Below are positions 10,019-22,800 of a DNA stretch of 64,000 bases, in pieces (position 1 is the stretch's first letter; each line of letters starts with the position of its first letter). The translations under genes and the position numbers were made by a program. This DNA is from an uncultured Gammaproteobacteria bacterium (GTDB lineage Bacteria; Pseudomonadota; Gammaproteobacteria; UBA9214): contig CAVVHS010000009.1 of NCBI GenBank assembly GCA_963748215.1, positions 384,001 to 448,000 on the forward strand, in the 5' to 3' direction. The notes under the pieces were generated by a model that did no database searches, was not told the DNA's origin, and was given only the letters and a program-made list of their open reading frames with translations.

Positions 10019-11230
10019 ATGATCAAAAACAAGTTCAGGATCCTGCGACTGGCGAGCCGGGACTACCTCCACGAGTGGCAGATGTCGGTGTGTTTTGTGC
10101 TCGGGCTGGCGGCGGTGCTTGGCCCCATGCTGGTACTCTTCGGTCTCAAGTTCGGCATCGTCGGTGCGATGATGGACAACCTGATCGAAGACCCGGTCAA
10201 CCGCGAAATCCGCCCCGTGGGGAGCGGGCGTTTCGAGCAGAAATGGCTGGATAATGTACGCGGCAAGCCCGAGGTCGTATTCCTGGCGCCGCGTACACGC
10301 AGCATCGCGGCGACCATCGAACTCTCCAGTCAGCAGGTATCCCGCATCGTGCCGGTGGAGCTGATCGCCTCCGGCAGCGGTGACCCGCTGCTTGCATCGG
10401 GTGCTCCGTTGCCGGAGGGATTCGACCGGGTGGTGCTCTCGCGCAACAGCGCTGACAAGCTGGCCGTCAGTGCGGGTGACGTGCTGGATGGCAGTCTTGC
10501 CCGGCGCTTCCAGGGTCAGCTGGAACGCGTACACCTGCCCCTGACAGTCGCGGCCATTGCCCCGGAGGGAGCGTTTGCGCGCGATGGTGCCTTTGTCTCG
10601 GTAAAGTTGCTGGAGGCACTGGAGGATTTTCGCGACGGACGGGCGGTACCCGAACTCGACTGGGGCGGCCTGCCCGCTGACGTCCAGCGCAGTTATCCGG
10701 GCTTCCGGCTCTATGCGCGTTCCATTCATGACGTGGTGGGCTTGCGCGATGGATTCGCCGCCATTGGCGTCGAGGTGCATACACGGGCGGCAGAAATCGA
10801 AACGGTGCAGCGCATGAACCGCAACCTGACCGCCATCTACTGGGCCATTGCGGCGATCGGCCTGGTGGGATTCTCGCTGTCACTGGGTGCCAGTCTCTGG
10901 GCCAATGTCGAACGCAAACGGAAGCAGCTGTCGATTCTGCGGCTGGTGGGATTCCGCACCCGGGACATTGTATGGTTTCCGATGGTGCAGTCGCTGTTCA
11001 CCGCCATGCTGGGCTGGGCGCTGGCTGTGGCTATCTACTACGCAACGGCAGTGGTTATCAATGGCATGATGTCTGATCAACTGGAGGCGGGCCAGCAGGT
11101 CTGCCGGATGTTGCATATTCACTATCTCATTGCCCTGGCACTGACCTGCAGTGCCGCAGTGATTGCGGCGGGCCTGGCGGGTACGCGCTCGGCGCGTATC
11201 GAACCCTCCGAAGGCCTGCGCGAAATCTAG
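10019..11230 (+). CDS. ABC transporter permease, FtsX/MacB type (TagS-like)
   Basis: N-terminal TM, large periplasmic domain, three C-terminal TMs with VERKRKQLSILRLVG. Confidence 0.85.
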   Translation: MIKNKFRILRLASRDYLHEWQMSVCFVLGLAAVLGPMLVLFGLKFGIVGAMMDNLIEDPVNREIRPVGSGRFEQKWLDNVRGKPEVVFLAPRTRSIAATIELSSQQVSRIVPVELIASGSGDPLLASGAPLPEGFDRVVLSRNSADKLAVSAGDVLDGSLARRFQGQLERVHLPLTVAAIAPEGAFARDGAFVSVKLLEALEDFRDGRAVPELDWGGLPADVQRSYPGFRLYARSIHDVVGLRDGFAAIGVEVHTRAAEIETVQRMNRNLTAIYWAIAAIGLVGFSLSLGASLWANVERKRKQLSILRLVGFRTRDIVWFPMVQSLFTAMLGWALAVAIYYATAVVINGMMSDQLEAGQQVCRMLHIHYLIALALTCSAAVIAAGLAGTRSARIEPSEGLREI

Positions 11231-11393
11231 CGATGCTGCGGCAGGAGTGCAGGAAAATGTGGTCTGTCTCCAATTTACCTTATTGCGGACGCGCAATAGA
11301 CCGAGACGGCTGAAGTCGCCAGGTGCTAGAATGACGTCACACTGCCCTTGACGGTTTTCGCAGCCCTTCGTATCCGAAGCCTGATCGATTCGC

Positions 11394-14300
11394 ATGACCC
11401 AGAACCCTGTTCGCATCCGCGAAATTCCCTATAACTACACCTCGTTCTCTGATCGCGAGATCGTGATCCGCTATCTCGGTGTGGATATGTGGGAGGTGCT
11501 CAACGAATTGCGTAGTTCGCGCAAGACGGGTCGCTCGGCACGCATGCTGTTCGAAGTGCTGGGCGACATGTGGGTCATCGACCGGAATCCCTATATCCAG
11601 GACGATCTCCTCGACAACAGGAAGCGCTGGGGATCCCTGGTGCACGCGCTGCATCACCGGCTGGACCAGATCGTCGCGCGCGCCGAAGACAATGCAAAGG
11701 CGCTCGAACTGGTCGCACGGGCGCGCAATGTGGTCCAGCGTTTCGAGTCCTGGTTTCCGCAGGCACATGAGTTGCGCCGGCGTATCCGCCGCCGCCTGGG
11801 GCGGGTCACCCGCGCCGACAATATCGATTTCGGCGGCCTGGCGCGGGTTTCGCACGCAACCGATGCCACCGACTGGCGTGTCGAAATGCCGTTCGTCGTC
11901 GTGAGTCCGGATACGGAAGACGAGGTCTGTTCGGTAGTTGCTGCCTGCATCGAGCTGGACCTGACCATTATCCCGCGTGGTGGCGGAACCGGTTATACCG
12001 GCAGTGCCGTCCCGCTATCCGGCAACAGTGCAGTGATCAATACCGAAAAGCTCGAGGCCCTGGGCCAGATCGAGCTGCGCCGTTTCGAAGGCGTCGACCA
12101 CGAAGTCGCCACGGTGCGCACCGGCGCCGGGGTGATCACCCGCCGCGTCGCCGAGAGGGCCGAGGCGGCCGGGTACGTGTTTGCGGTCGACCCGACCTCG
12201 CAGGATGCCTCCACCATCGGCGGCAATGTGTCCATGAATGCCGGTGGCAAGAAGGCCGTGCTCTGGGGTACCGCGCTTGACAATCTGGTGTCCTGGCGCA
12301 TGGTAACGCCGCAGGCACAGTGGCTGGAGGTCGAGCGCCTCAACCACAATCTCGGCAAGATCCACGATCAGGCGACAGTAACCTTCCGCATCACCCGCTA
12401 TGAGCGCGACGGACACACGCCCATCGGCGAACCCGAGCTGATGCAGATGCCCGGCGCCTCGCTACGCAAACAGGGACTGGGCAAGGATGTCACCGACAAG
12501 TTCCTCGGCGGCCTGCCCGGGATCCAGAAGGAAGGCTGCGATGGTCTGATTACCTCGGCGGTGTTCGTACTGCATCGCATGCCGGCGTTCACCCGTACCC
12601 TGTGTCTGGAATTCTTCGGCAGCGACCTGCGCCGCGCAGTCCCGGCTATTATCGAAACCAAGGATTACCTGGATGCGCGCGAAGATGTATTGCTGTCCGG
12701 CCTGGAGCATCTCGACGAGCGTTACATCAAGGCGGTGAACTACAGCGCCAAGGCGCCACGGCGCGAGTTGCCGAAAATGCTGTTACTGGTCGATGTGTCG
12801 GGCGACAACGAGGACGCCGTGGCCGATGCCTGTTCCGTTGTCGTGCGCATGGCCAATGCGCGCGGTGCCGAGGGTTTTATCGCCGTCAGCCCCGAGGCGC
12901 GCCGGCGTTTCTGGCTGGACCGTGCCCGTACTGCCGCCATCGCTGCGCATACCAATGCCTTCAAGATCAACGAGGACGTGGTGATTCCGCTGGAGCGCCT
13001 CGCGGAATACGAGGAAGGGATCGAGCGTATCAACATCGAGCATTCGACGCGCAACAAGCTGGCAGTGATTAATACGGTGCTCGACTATCTCGGCGGTGAA
13101 ATGCCCGAGCTCCGCGCCGGTATGGAATTCGAGGACAGTGCGGAGAATCGCGCCATCGTCTCCGCCAAGGTCGAGGCGGCGCGCCGCCATCTGCTCAAGG
13201 TCACGGAATACTGGCGTACTCTGCTGGAGAATCTCGACCAGGCAGCGGCAACACACGAGACGCTGCTGCCGGAGAGTTTGCGCGGACATGTCCAGCCCGG
13301 TGATACCCTGTTGGCCATGCTGCTGCGCCGCGAGTTGCGCATTTCCTACCGGCGCGAGGTGGAGCGCCCCCTGAAGGAGATCTTTGCCGGTCGCGAATGG
13401 GATGGTGTCACGGCGCAGCTGGATACGATCCACGGCCGTATCCGTTCCAGCCGTCTGTTCGTGGCCACGCATATGCATGCCGGCGACGGCAATGTGCATA
13501 CCAACATTCCGGTCAACTCCAACGATTACCAGATGCTGCGTGAAGCGGAACAGATCGTCGATCGCGTGATGGCACTGGCCACCGCGCTGGGCGGCGTCAT
13601 CTCCGGCGAGCACGGTATCGGGATCACCAAGTTCCGCTACCTGGATGCGGCGGTCATCGATGCATTCACTGCCTACAAGCAGAAGGTCGATCCGCAACAT
13701 CGCTTCAATGCCGGCAAGCTGCTGGCCGGTTCCGGCCTGGAGAATGCCTATACACCCTCGTTGCGCCTGGTGCAGCAGGAGGCGTTGCTGCTGGAAGAGA
13801 GCGAGCTGGGCGATCTCAACGACGACATCCGCAACTGCCTGCGCTGCGGTAAATGCAAACCGGTGTGCAACACGCACATACCGCGCGCGAACCTGTTGTA
13901 TTCGCCGCGCAACAAGATACTGGCCACCGGTCTGATCATCGAGGCCTTTCTCTACGAGGAGCAGACCCGTCGCGGTGTTTCCATCCGTCATTTCGACGAG
14001 ATGAACGATGTGGCCGATCATTGCACCATCTGCCACAAGTGTCTCAGTCCCTGCCCGGTCAACATCGACTTCGGTGATGTCTCCATCCGCATGCGCAATA
14101 TCCTGCGCGCACGCGGCCAGAAACGTTCCAGTCCGATGACCTGGGCGGCCATGGCCTTCCTCAACATCACCGATCCGCGCAGTATAAAACTGGTGCGCAA
14201 GGCGATGATCGAGTGGGGTTACAAGGGGCAGCGGCTCGCCTACAGATTCGCCAGGCGTTTGGGAATCGGCACCCGTGGCAGTGTGCCCCGGGCAACCACG

Positions 14301-15245
14301 GGCGCCATGCCCATCAAGGCGCAGGTCATCAATTTCGTGAAGAAGCCGATGCCCGCTGGCCTGCCGACCCGGACCCTACGTGCGTTGCTGGGGGTCGAGG
14401 ACAGCAAGCTGGTGCCGATCCTGCGCGACCCGGCCAGGGTCACCGATGAATCCGATGCGGTGTTCTATTTTCCCGGCTGTGGTTCGGAACGGCTGTTCAG
14501 CCAGATCGGCCTGGCCACGCTGGCCATGCTCTATGATGTCGGTGCCCAGACCGTACTGCCGCCGGGTTATCTGTGTTGCGGCTATCCGCAGACCTCGGGA
14601 GGAGATGCCGAGCGTGGTCGCAGAATGAGCACCGACAACCGGGTCCTGTTCCACCGGGTGGCGAACACGCTGAATTACATGGACATCAAAACCGTGATCG
14701 TCTCCTGCGGGACCTGCATGGATCAGCTCATGGGATATGAGTTCGACAAAATATTCCCCGGTTGCCGGCTGCTCGACATTCACGAGTATCTGATGGAAAA
14801 GGGTGTCAGCAGCGAGGGCGTGGACACTGTGCAGTACCTGTATCACGACCCCTGTCACACGCCCATGAAGACCTACAGTCCCGTTGCTGTGGCGGCAAAA
14901 TTGCTCGGGCAGGACGTAACACTGTCGGACCGGTGTTGCGGCGAGGCCGGTACCCTTGCGGTGTCGCGCCCGGATATCTCGACACAGATCCGCTTCCGTA
15001 AACAGGAAGAACTCCAGCAGGGGATTAACAGCCTGACCGGCGCTGACCGCGCCGTCGCCGGCAATGTGAAAATACTCACCAGTTGCCCGGCCTGCCAGCA
15101 GGGCCTGTCACGCTACGTCAACGATACCGGTCTGGAGTCCGATTACATCGTGGTGGAGCTGGCCAACCGCCTGCTCGGCAAGCAGTGGCAGAACGATTTC
15201 ACTGAGCGTGTGAAGAACGGTGGTATTGAGCGGGTGCTGCTGTAG
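11394..15245 (+). CDS. DUF3683/DUF3400 FAD-linked Fe-S oxidoreductase (GlcD/GlcF-like fusion)
   Basis: [17 protein letters not shown]-terminus, PRGGGTG FAD motif, [22 protein letters not shown] and CTICHKC ferredoxin motifs, CCG domains. Confidence 0.92.
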   Translation: MTQNPVRIREIPYNYTSFSDREIVIRYLGVDMWEVLNELRSSRKTGRSARMLFEVLGDMWVIDRNPYIQDDLLDNRKRWGSLVHALHHRLDQIVARAEDNAKALELVARARNVVQRFESWFPQAHELRRRIRRRLGRVTRADNIDFGGLARVSHATDATDWRVEMPFVVVSPDTEDEVCSVVAACIELDLTIIPRGGGTGYTGSAVPLSGNSAVINTEKLEALGQIELRRFEGVDHEVATVRTGAGVITRRVAERAEAAGYVFAVDPTSQDASTIGGNVSMNAGGKKAVLWGTALDNLVSWRMVTPQAQWLEVERLNHNLGKIHDQATVTFRITRYERDGHTPIGEPELMQMPGASLRKQGLGKDVTDKFLGGLPGIQKEGCDGLITSAVFVLHRMPAFTRTLCLEFFGSDLRRAVPAIIETKDYLDAREDVLLSGLEHLDERYIKAVNYSAKAPRRELPKMLLLVDVSGDNEDAVADACSVVVRMANARGAEGFIAVSPEARRRFWLDRARTAAIAAHTNAFKINEDVVIPLERLAEYEEGIERINIEHSTRNKLAVINTVLDYLGGEMPELRAGMEFEDSAENRAIVSAKVEAARRHLLKVTEYWRTLLENLDQAAATHETLLPESLRGHVQPGDTLLAMLLRRELRISYRREVERPLKEIFAGREWDGVTAQLDTIHGRIRSSRLFVATHMHAGDGNVHTNIPVNSNDYQMLREAEQIVDRVMALATALGGVISGEHGIGITKFRYLDAAVIDAFTAYKQKVDPQHRFNAGKLLAGSGLENAYTPSLRLVQQEALLLEESELGDLNDDIRNCLRCGKCKPVCNTHIPRANLLYSPRNKILATGLIIEAFLYEEQTRRGVSIRHFDEMNDVADHCTICHKCLSPCPVNIDFGDVSIRMRNILRARGQKRSSPMTWAAMAFLNITDPRSIKLVRKAMIEWGYKGQRLAYRFARRLGIGTRGSVPRATTGAMPIKAQVINFVKKPMPAGLPTRTLRALLGVEDSKLVPILRDPARVTDESDAVFYFPGCGSERLFSQIGLATLAMLYDVGAQTVLPPGYLCCGYPQTSGGDAERGRRMSTDNRVLFHRVANTLNYMDIKTVIVSCGTCMDQLMGYEFDKIFPGCRLLDIHEYLMEKGVSSEGVDTVQYLYHDPCHTPMKTYSPVAVAAKLLGQDVTLSDRCCGEAGTLAVSRPDISTQIRFRKQEELQQGINSLTGADRAVAGNVKILTSCPACQQGLSRYVNDTGLESDYIVVELANRLLGKQWQNDFTERVKNGGIERVLL

Positions 15246-15405
15246 ACCGCTATCCAGCGGGCAGGCTCTTGGATGTGATGCATGACCACTGTTGCATTGC
15301 GAACGGGTGCAGGGCAGGCACCGCCGCGCCCTGTCCTGAAGACAGCGTACGTGACCTGGTGTTTACCGGTATGGCCACTCAGCCGGTTTTAGATTCAATG
15401 AATAG

Positions 15406-15515
15406 GGAGCCTCTGATTCATTCACTCATCGTCATCCCGGCGCATGCCGGGATCCAGATTTTTCAATGACCTGGATGCCGTCCTTCGCCGGCATGACAAA
15501 TTAATCATAGATTCC
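15406..15515. mobile_element. 110-bp MITE with IS5-like terminal inverted repeats and an internal REP-like palindrome pair; 4-bp TSD ATAG
   Basis: Ends ggagcctctgattcattc...aaattaatcatagattcc, flanked by ATAG on both sides. Core gtcatcccggcgcatgccgggatccag...ctggatgccg..ccggcatgac. A near-identical copy lies at 46272-46381. Confidence 0.8.
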
Positions 15516-15528
15516 ATAGGAGTTCGTC

Positions 15529-16245
15529 ATGACAGATTCGACACGTCTCGCCGTCGTCACCGGTGCCTATCGCGGGCTTGGGCTGGAGACCTGCCGGCAG
15601 CTCGCCGGAAAGGGTATCCGGGTCATTCTGACGGCGCGTTCGGCCGACAAGGCCGAAGCGGCCGCACGAACATTGCAGACGCAGGGACTGGATGTCATCC
15701 CGCAGGCGCTGGATGTCACCGATGCCGATTCCGTGAACGCCCTGGCGCGTTACCTCGAGGAAACGTTCGGGCGTCTGGATATACTGGTGAACAACGCCGG
15801 CATTTTTGTCGATGCCTACCCGCCCGATGCAGGCTCCAGCGTGTTCGATGCCGACTTCGAAAGGATACGGCAATCGATGGAGACCAATGCCTATGGCGCG
15901 TTCCGTGTCGCGAGTGCGCTGATACCCCTGATGAAAGGCCGGGGTGCGGTGGTCAATGTATCGTCGGGCATGGGCCAGCTGTCGGATATGAACGGCTGCT
16001 GCCCGGGGTACCGGCTATCGAAAACGGCGCTGAACGCGGTAACCCGCATTCTCGCCGATGAACTCAAACACACGACCGTCAAGGTCAATTCCGTCTGCCC
16101 CGGTTGGGTGCGGACCCACATGGGCGGTGAGGGTGCTGAACGCAGTGTCGAAGAGGGTGCTGCCGGCATCGTCTGGGCAGCGAGCCTTTCCGACGACGGC
16201 CCCAGCGGCGGCTTCTTCCGCGACGGCAAGGTGATTCCCTGGTAA
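15529..16245 (+). CDS. SDR family NAD(P)-dependent oxidoreductase (carbonyl reductase-like)
   Basis: VVTGAYRGLG, LVNNAG, YRLSK catalytic motif, VCPGWVRT. Confidence 0.9.
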   Translation: MTDSTRLAVVTGAYRGLGLETCRQLAGKGIRVILTARSADKAEAAARTLQTQGLDVIPQALDVTDADSVNALARYLEETFGRLDILVNNAGIFVDAYPPDAGSSVFDADFERIRQSMETNAYGAFRVASALIPLMKGRGAVVNVSSGMGQLSDMNGCCPGYRLSKTALNAVTRILADELKHTTVKVNSVCPGWVRTHMGGEGAERSVEEGAAGIVWAASLSDDGPSGGFFRDGKVIPW

Positions 16246-16539
16246 CGTTGTCAGGTGGCCTGACTGTGGGTGGTGGCGGCGCACGCCGGCGGGTTACGAG
16301 CCATGTGATAGACGCCTGCATTGGTTTGCCCGGCATGTTCCAGCGCATTCGCAGAGCGGTTTGCGCGCTCCATAAAGTACGAATGCCAGGATTGCATGAT
16401 TTTGTTCAGGAAAGCAGCGTTTCGCCGGGCACCCTGAGAATATCTTGCGCATCACCATGCCGAATGCAATCGTCAGGGTGTCTATGGCGAATAGAAAATT
16501 ATGCCGCCGACTTGAATAGCAGAAATTCACTGCGGAAGT

Positions 16540-16758
16540 TTTGCGGAGCTCGGTTCCGCATCGTCCTGCATCGTGGTGCACCGATTGCAACGGGCGCTAC
16601 GGTAAGTCATTGAAATAAAGAGCGTAAAAACGCGCTTTCTGTCCTTTCAATCCGATGATCGTTGTTCGAGCCGAGGGCGACACAGTCGGCCGAGACAACA
16701 GCGACGCTGACCCCGAAGGGGCGAGGGTGCAGCCCGAGTAATCCAGCACGCCCCACCA
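16540..16758 (+). mobile_element. att-like relic: degenerate tRNA-Lys 3' half (16644-16758) with a 71-nt insertion in the T-loop, plus an upstream arm
   Basis: ctttcaatccgatgatcgttgttcga [insert 16670-16740] atccagcacgccccacca; homologous to 24557-24779; upstream IHF-like taagtcattgaaa. Confidence 0.65.
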
Positions 16759-17116
16759 TTCATACAAAGACTTATCCCCCTGCTGTTAGATCCGCAACCA
16801 CTGATTGCGGGACTTTTGCGGGGATTGGCCGCAAATCTATAATTACGCCTATAGAAAATACAATTAGTTGCGAGTCAGTAACTGATTCGAACTGTCGTTT
16901 TATGGACAAAAAAATCCGATGTTTGACCTCGAATGTCGCTGAGTGGCGAATTCGGACATACGAAACTGATATCGGAACAACTCCACTGCAATGTTCAGCC
17001 TATGGGTTATTACATGTCCTGGCGCTACTATTTTCAGCGGGGAATTGCCGAACGCTCAGGCCTGTCCTTGGCGAATTCCTATTCATGCAACAATTGGCCT
17101 CTGGGGGGTGTTTGTG

Positions 17117-19587
17117 ATGAACAAGACAAAACAAGACAAGGCCGATTCGGTGTCGATAGATCCTGTCTGTGGCATGCAGGTTGGTGCTGACAGCAAACAC
17201 CGGCATATACATAAGGGTACGGAATACCTGTTCTGCAGTGAGTCATGCCACGATAAATTTATTACCACACCTGAAATCTATCTGCGTCCGGAGGCACAGG
17301 GATCGATGGCGGAGGCCGATGTGGCCGGTTCCTGCCCGGATCATACCTGTGAGATCGACGCGTCGCTTTACACCTGCCCGATGCACCCGGAGATACAACA
17401 GACAGGACCGGGTGCCTGTCCCAAGTGCGGGATGGCGCTGGAGCCAATGACGGTACCACTGGCGGCTACGCGGACTGAGTTTACCTGTCCGATGCACCCG
17501 GAAATTGTTCAGGATCATCCTGGCAGTTGCCCGAAGTGCGGCATGGCGCTGGAGCCACGCACCGTACAGGTGGAAGAGGATACCAGTGAACTCGATGACA
17601 TGACGCGGCGCTTTCGGGTGAGCAGCCTGCTCGCCATCCCCGTGTTTCTGCTGGCGATGATTGCAGACCTGGCGCCGTCACTCCTGCCGGACGGCCTGAG
17701 CATGCAGGCCGTGCAATGGACTCAATTTGTGCTAGCCACTCCGGTCGTGATCTGGGGCGGCTGGCCGTTTTTTGTGCGTGGTGTTAAATCTGTTATCACC
17801 TGGAATCTGAATATGTTCACGCTGATTGGCCTGGGCGTCTCCGTCGCCTGGACCTACAGCACGGTTGCATTGCTGTTTCCGAGGATCTTTCCGGCGCTTA
17901 TGCAAATGGAAGGCGGGCGCGTGGATGTCTACTTCGAGGCGGCAGCCGTCATCACCGCACTGGTGCTGCTGGGACAGGTCCTGGAATTACGGGCCCGCAG
18001 TCAGACCAACGCTGCCATCAAGATGTTGCTTGGCCTGGTGCCCAACAGTGCACGCATCGTGCGTGACAACGGTTCCGTGGAAGACATCCCGCTGGAACAG
18101 GTACAACCCGGTAACATACTGCGCGTACGTCCCGGTGAAAAGATACCGGTGGACGGCGTGGCCACTGAAGGTCACACCTCGGTGGATGAGTCGATGGTGA
18201 CCGGTGAATCGATTCCGGTGGAAAAGAGTGCCGGTGACAAGCTGATTGGCGCGACCGTAAACGGCACCGGCAGCCTGCTGATGCGTGCCGAGAAGGTCGG
18301 CGCCGATACCCTTCTGGCGCAGATCGTACGCATGGTCAGCGAGGCACAAAGATCGCGCGCACCGATTCAGAAACTGGTGGATATTGTGGCCGGTTATTTC
18401 GTGCCTGCGGTAGTCATGATCGCCCTCATAACACTGGTGGTGTGGGGCCTCTGGGGCCCGGAGCCGCGTCTGGCACATGCCATCGTGAATGCCGTTGCCG
18501 TGCTGATCATTGCCTGTCCCTGCGCACTCGGACTGGCAACACCCATGTCGATCATGGTCGGCACCGGCAAGGGCGCGACGCTGGGGGTGCTGATTAAGAA
18601 TGCCGAGGCACTGGAGATCATGGAGAAGGTCGACACCGATTGTGATTGACAAGACCGGCACCCTGACAGAGGGGAAACCAACACTGGTCGCGGTACAGCC
18701 AGCCACCGGGTTTACCGAGGATGACGTGCTGCAGCTTGGCGGCCAGCCTGGAACGCGCCAGTGAACATCCGCTCGCCGAGGCCATTGTGCGAGGTGCGGA
18801 AGACCGGAACATGACCCTGAGTCAGACAGATGACTTTGAATCTGTAACCGGCAAGGGTGTGACAGGGAAAGTCAGCGGGCGAATGGTGGCGCTGGGCAAT
18901 ATCAGGCTGCTGGAAAGCCTGTCCATCGACCCGGGTGAACTGCCACGCCTGGCGGAGGCCGGGCGTGCGGAGGGTCAGACCGTTATGTTTGTGGCCATCG
19001 ACGGTCGTGCTGCCGGGCTGATCGGCGTGGCGGACCCCATCAAGGACTCCACGGCCGAGGCCATCCGCGATTTGCACGCAGAAGGTGTCAAGGTAGTCAT
19101 GCTGACCGGCGACAGCCGCACCACGGCCGAGGCGGTTGCACGCAAGCTCAATATCGACCGGGTCGAAGCAGAAGTCCTGCCGGATCAGAAGGCGGAGATC
19201 GTCAGGCAACTGCAGGCCGAGGGACGCATTGTTGCCATGGCCGGCGACGGAATCAACGACGCGCCGGCGCTGGCCCAGGCACACGTCGGCATCGCCATGG
19301 GAACCGGTACCGATGTCGCCATGGAAAGCGCGGGCGTCACCCTGGTCAAGGGCGACCTGCGCGGCATCGTACGGGCGCGGCGCTTGAGTCGCATGGTGAT
19401 GCGCAATATCCGCCAGAACCTGTTCTTCGCCTTTATCTATAACTCACTGGGCGTACCGGTTGCCGCCGGTGTGCTTTACCCGGTGTTCGGCCTGCTGTTG
19501 TCGCCCATCATTGCCGCAGCCGCGATGAGTTTCAGTTCGGTATCCGTGATCGCCAATTCATTGCGCCTGCGCAGGGCACGTATCTGA
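17117..19587 (+). CDS. copA: Cu(I)/Ag(I)-translocating P1B-type ATPase with an N-terminal YHS and two heavy-metal-binding domains; frameshifts near 18640 and 18735
   Basis: DPVCGM...FCSESC, two (Y/F)TCPMHP...CPKCGM repeats, TGES, CPC, DKTGT (in the shifted frame), [16 protein letters not shown] and MSFSS motifs. Confidence 0.9.
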
Positions 19588-19607
19588 CGACGTCCGGGAG
19601 GTGAATC

Positions 19608-19733
19608 ATGCCTGGGACAGACGTCGGATGGGGGTTTGACATGGGGTTAGGCATGTGGGTGTTCTGGATACTGCTGATCGTGATCATCGTGGTCCTGGTC
19701 AAGGTGATCAGCCCTGGTTCCGTATCACGGTAA
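19608..19733 (+). CDS. 41-aa single-TM peptide (N-terminus typical of SHOCT-domain proteins of copper clusters; probably truncated)
   Basis: Strong RBS gggaggtg; MPGTDVGWGFDMGLGMWVFWILLIVIIVVLVKVISPGSVSR; directly after copA. Not in the ORF track. Confidence 0.55.
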   Translation: MPGTDVGWGFDMGLGMWVFWILLIVIIVVLVKVISPGSVSR

Positions 19734-19827
19734 TCATCCTCAAAAAACAGCTGATCCCGAAGGTAGGGATTAAGCCACGATGAGCCAGCTTCTGTGTCGG
19801 GGGGTGATTGCCGTGGCAGCACCTGGC

Positions 19828-22800
19828 TCATCGCGGCTCCACCGGGTGATGACTGGGTGTGTGCGGCGACGTGTGCGGCGGCCGGTGCGGCATCTGCTCG
19901 AAATCGTCCGGGTCGGTCCCCAGGCGACGGTCGGTCACCAGCCGGTAGAACAGCGGGATGAAGAAGATCGCCAGGAAGGTTGCCGCCAGCATGCCGCCCG
20001 GCGACACCGGTACCGACAGCGTGGCGCGCCCCGGCGCCGGCACCGGTCGAAATCGCCAGCGGCATGACGCCGAGGATGAACGCCAGCGAGGTCATCAGGA
20101 TCGGTCTGAAGCGCAGCCGCGCCGCCTCCATGGCCGCGGCGCTGGCGGAATAGCCTTCACTCTTTTTGAGCACGGCGTATTCGACAATCAGGATGGCGTT
20201 TTTCGCCGCCAGTCCGAGCAATGTCACCAGACCGATCTGGAAATAGACGTCGTTGTTGAGACCGCGCAGCCAGACGGCGGCCAGCGCACCGAAGGTGCCG
20301 AACGGCAGGGCCAGCTGCACGGCGATCGGCAGCGACCACTTTTCGTACTGCGCGGCAAGGATCAGGAACACCATCAGCACCGCCAGACCCAGGGCGAGGC
20401 CGGAGGTGCCGCTGGAACGTTTTTCCTGGAACGAGGCGGAGCTCCAGTCGTAGCTGAAGTCTTCGGACAGGGTGCGATCGGCGATCGCTCGACGATTGCC
20501 AGTGCCTGGCCGGAACTGATGCCGGGCGCCGAATTGCCAAAGATCTTCACCGCCGGCAGGTTGTTGAAGCGATCCAGCGTTTCCGGACCCGAGGTGTACT
20601 CGACATTGGCGAGTGCCGCGAGCGGTACCATGGGTACCGTCCTGTGCCGGCACGTACAGCGCGCCGATATCCTCCGGCCTGACGCGATAGGCCGGGTCGG
20701 CCGACATCAGCACCTGCCAGGTGCGGCCGAACTTGTTGAAGTCGTTGACATAGAAAGTGCCCAGCGTGGCCGCGACCGTGTTGAACAGCGCGTCGATGTC
20801 GACGCCGAGCAGCTTCGCCCTGTCGCGGTCGACGTCGACATACAGCTGCGGCACCCGCGAGCGCCACAGCGTTAGCGGCTGGACAATGCGCGGGTCCTTG
20901 CGCAGTTCGGCAAGCAGTTGTTCACTGGCGGCGGCGAGGCCTTTGGCCCGCCTTCGCCGCGGTTCTGCACGTACAGCTCGAAGCCGCCGGCGTTGCCGAG
21001 GCCGAAGATCGGCGGCGGACCGAAGGCCAGCACCAGGGCTTCCTGATGCCGGCGGTCTGGCCATGAACAACTCGCCGACCAGTCGCTTGACTGGAGCGCT
21101 GGCGCTCGTCCCAGTGCCGGTGCGGCGACGAAGATGGTCGCCGCGCTGTTGCGGAAGCCGCCGCCGAGAAAATCGAGACCGGTGAACGCCACCACGTGCT
21201 CGGCATCGGGATCGGAACGCATGACAGCGATCACCTCTTGCGTGACCGCCTCGGTGCGGGCGAGGCTGGAACCGTCCGGCAGGAAGACCGCGCCGATGTA
21301 GTAGCCCTGGTCTTCGTCCGGCACCAGCGAGCCCGGTGTGATGTTCCACAGGAACGACCGCCGCGGCGACCATCAACAGGTAGAGTCCGATGGCAAGTAC
21401 TGTCCGCCGCAGCAGGAAATTGACCCCGGCCAGGTAGCCGCCGGTCACATGCGCAAATCCGCGGTTGAAGGCGGCGAAGAAGCGTCCCGGCTGCCGTCCC
21501 TGGTTCCTGAGGATGATCACGGACAGCGCCGGCGTCAGGGTCAGCGCGACGATACCGGAGATCACCACCGCGATCGAGATGGTCACCGCGAATTGCCGGT
21601 ACAGTTCGCCGGTCAGGCCGCCGAGGAAGGCGATCGGCACGAACACCGCGCACAGCACCAGCACGATGGCGATCACCGGCCCGGTGACCTCGTGCATCGC
21701 CTTGATCGCCGCTTCGCGCGCGGCAGCGCTTTTCCTCGTGCATGATGCGCTCGATGTTCTCCAGCACCACGATGGCGTCGTCGACGACGATGCCGATCGA
21801 CAGCACCATGCCGAACAGGGTGAGGGTGTTGATCGAGTAGCCGAGCAGCTGCAGGCCGGCGAAGGTGCCGATCAGCGATACCGGCACGGCGATCACCGGA
21901 ATCAGCGTTGCCCGCCAGTTCTGCAGGAACATGTAACACCACCAGCAACACCAGCAGCATCGCTTCGCCCAGCGTCTTGAGCACTTCGCGGATCGATACC
22001 TCGACAAAGCGGGTGGTGTCGTAGGGAACGCTGTAGGTCAGGCCATCGGGAAAATCGCTCTGCCAGTCCGGCGACCGTCGCCTTGACTTCGTCGCCCACC
22101 GCCAGCGCATTGGCACCCGGCTGCAGGAAGATGCCGACCAGGGTCGCCGGCTTGCCGTTGATAGCGGCCGATGAAGTCGTAGTCCTTCGAGCCGAGCTCG
22201 ACGCGCGCGACATCCTTCAGGCGCAGCAGCGAGTGCCGTCCGGCTCGGCGCGCACGATGATGTCGCTCGAATTCTTCCGGGGTCGGACAGGCGGCCCTGG
22301 CGTGTGATGGTGTAGACCAGCTCCTGTCCCTCGCCGATCGGCGGCTGGCCGATCTTGCCGGCGGCGAACTGCGCGTTCTGCTCGTTGATGGCGCTCGCTG
22401 ACTTCGGTGGCAGTGACGCCGAGTTGCGCCATGCGGTCCGGCTTCAGCCAGATGCGCATGGCGTAGTCCTTGGCGCCGAAGATCTGCACGTTGGTGGTGC
22501 CGGGGATGCGCTTCAGGCGATCCAGCACGTTCAGGGTGACGTAGTTGCTGGTGTAGATGTCGTCGAAGCGGCCGTCCGGCGAGAGGAAGGCGAGCACCTG
22601 CAGGAAGGCCGACGAACCCTTCTCGACGGTCACGCCCTGGCGGCGCACTTCTTCCGGCAGGCGTGGCTCGGCCTGCTTGACGCGGTTGTTGACGTTGAGC
22701 GCGGCCTGGTCGACGTCGGCGCCGATTTCGAAGGTGACCTGAATCTCCAGCACGCCGTTGGACGCCGAGGTCGAGCTCATGTACATGCAGGTCCTCGACG

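Noticed and set aside
16920-16950. CueR-type promoter upstream of copA (ttgacc...)
   Set aside because: Lacks the ACCTTCC-N7-GGAAGGT dyad and lies about 190 bp from the start, within att-flank sequence.
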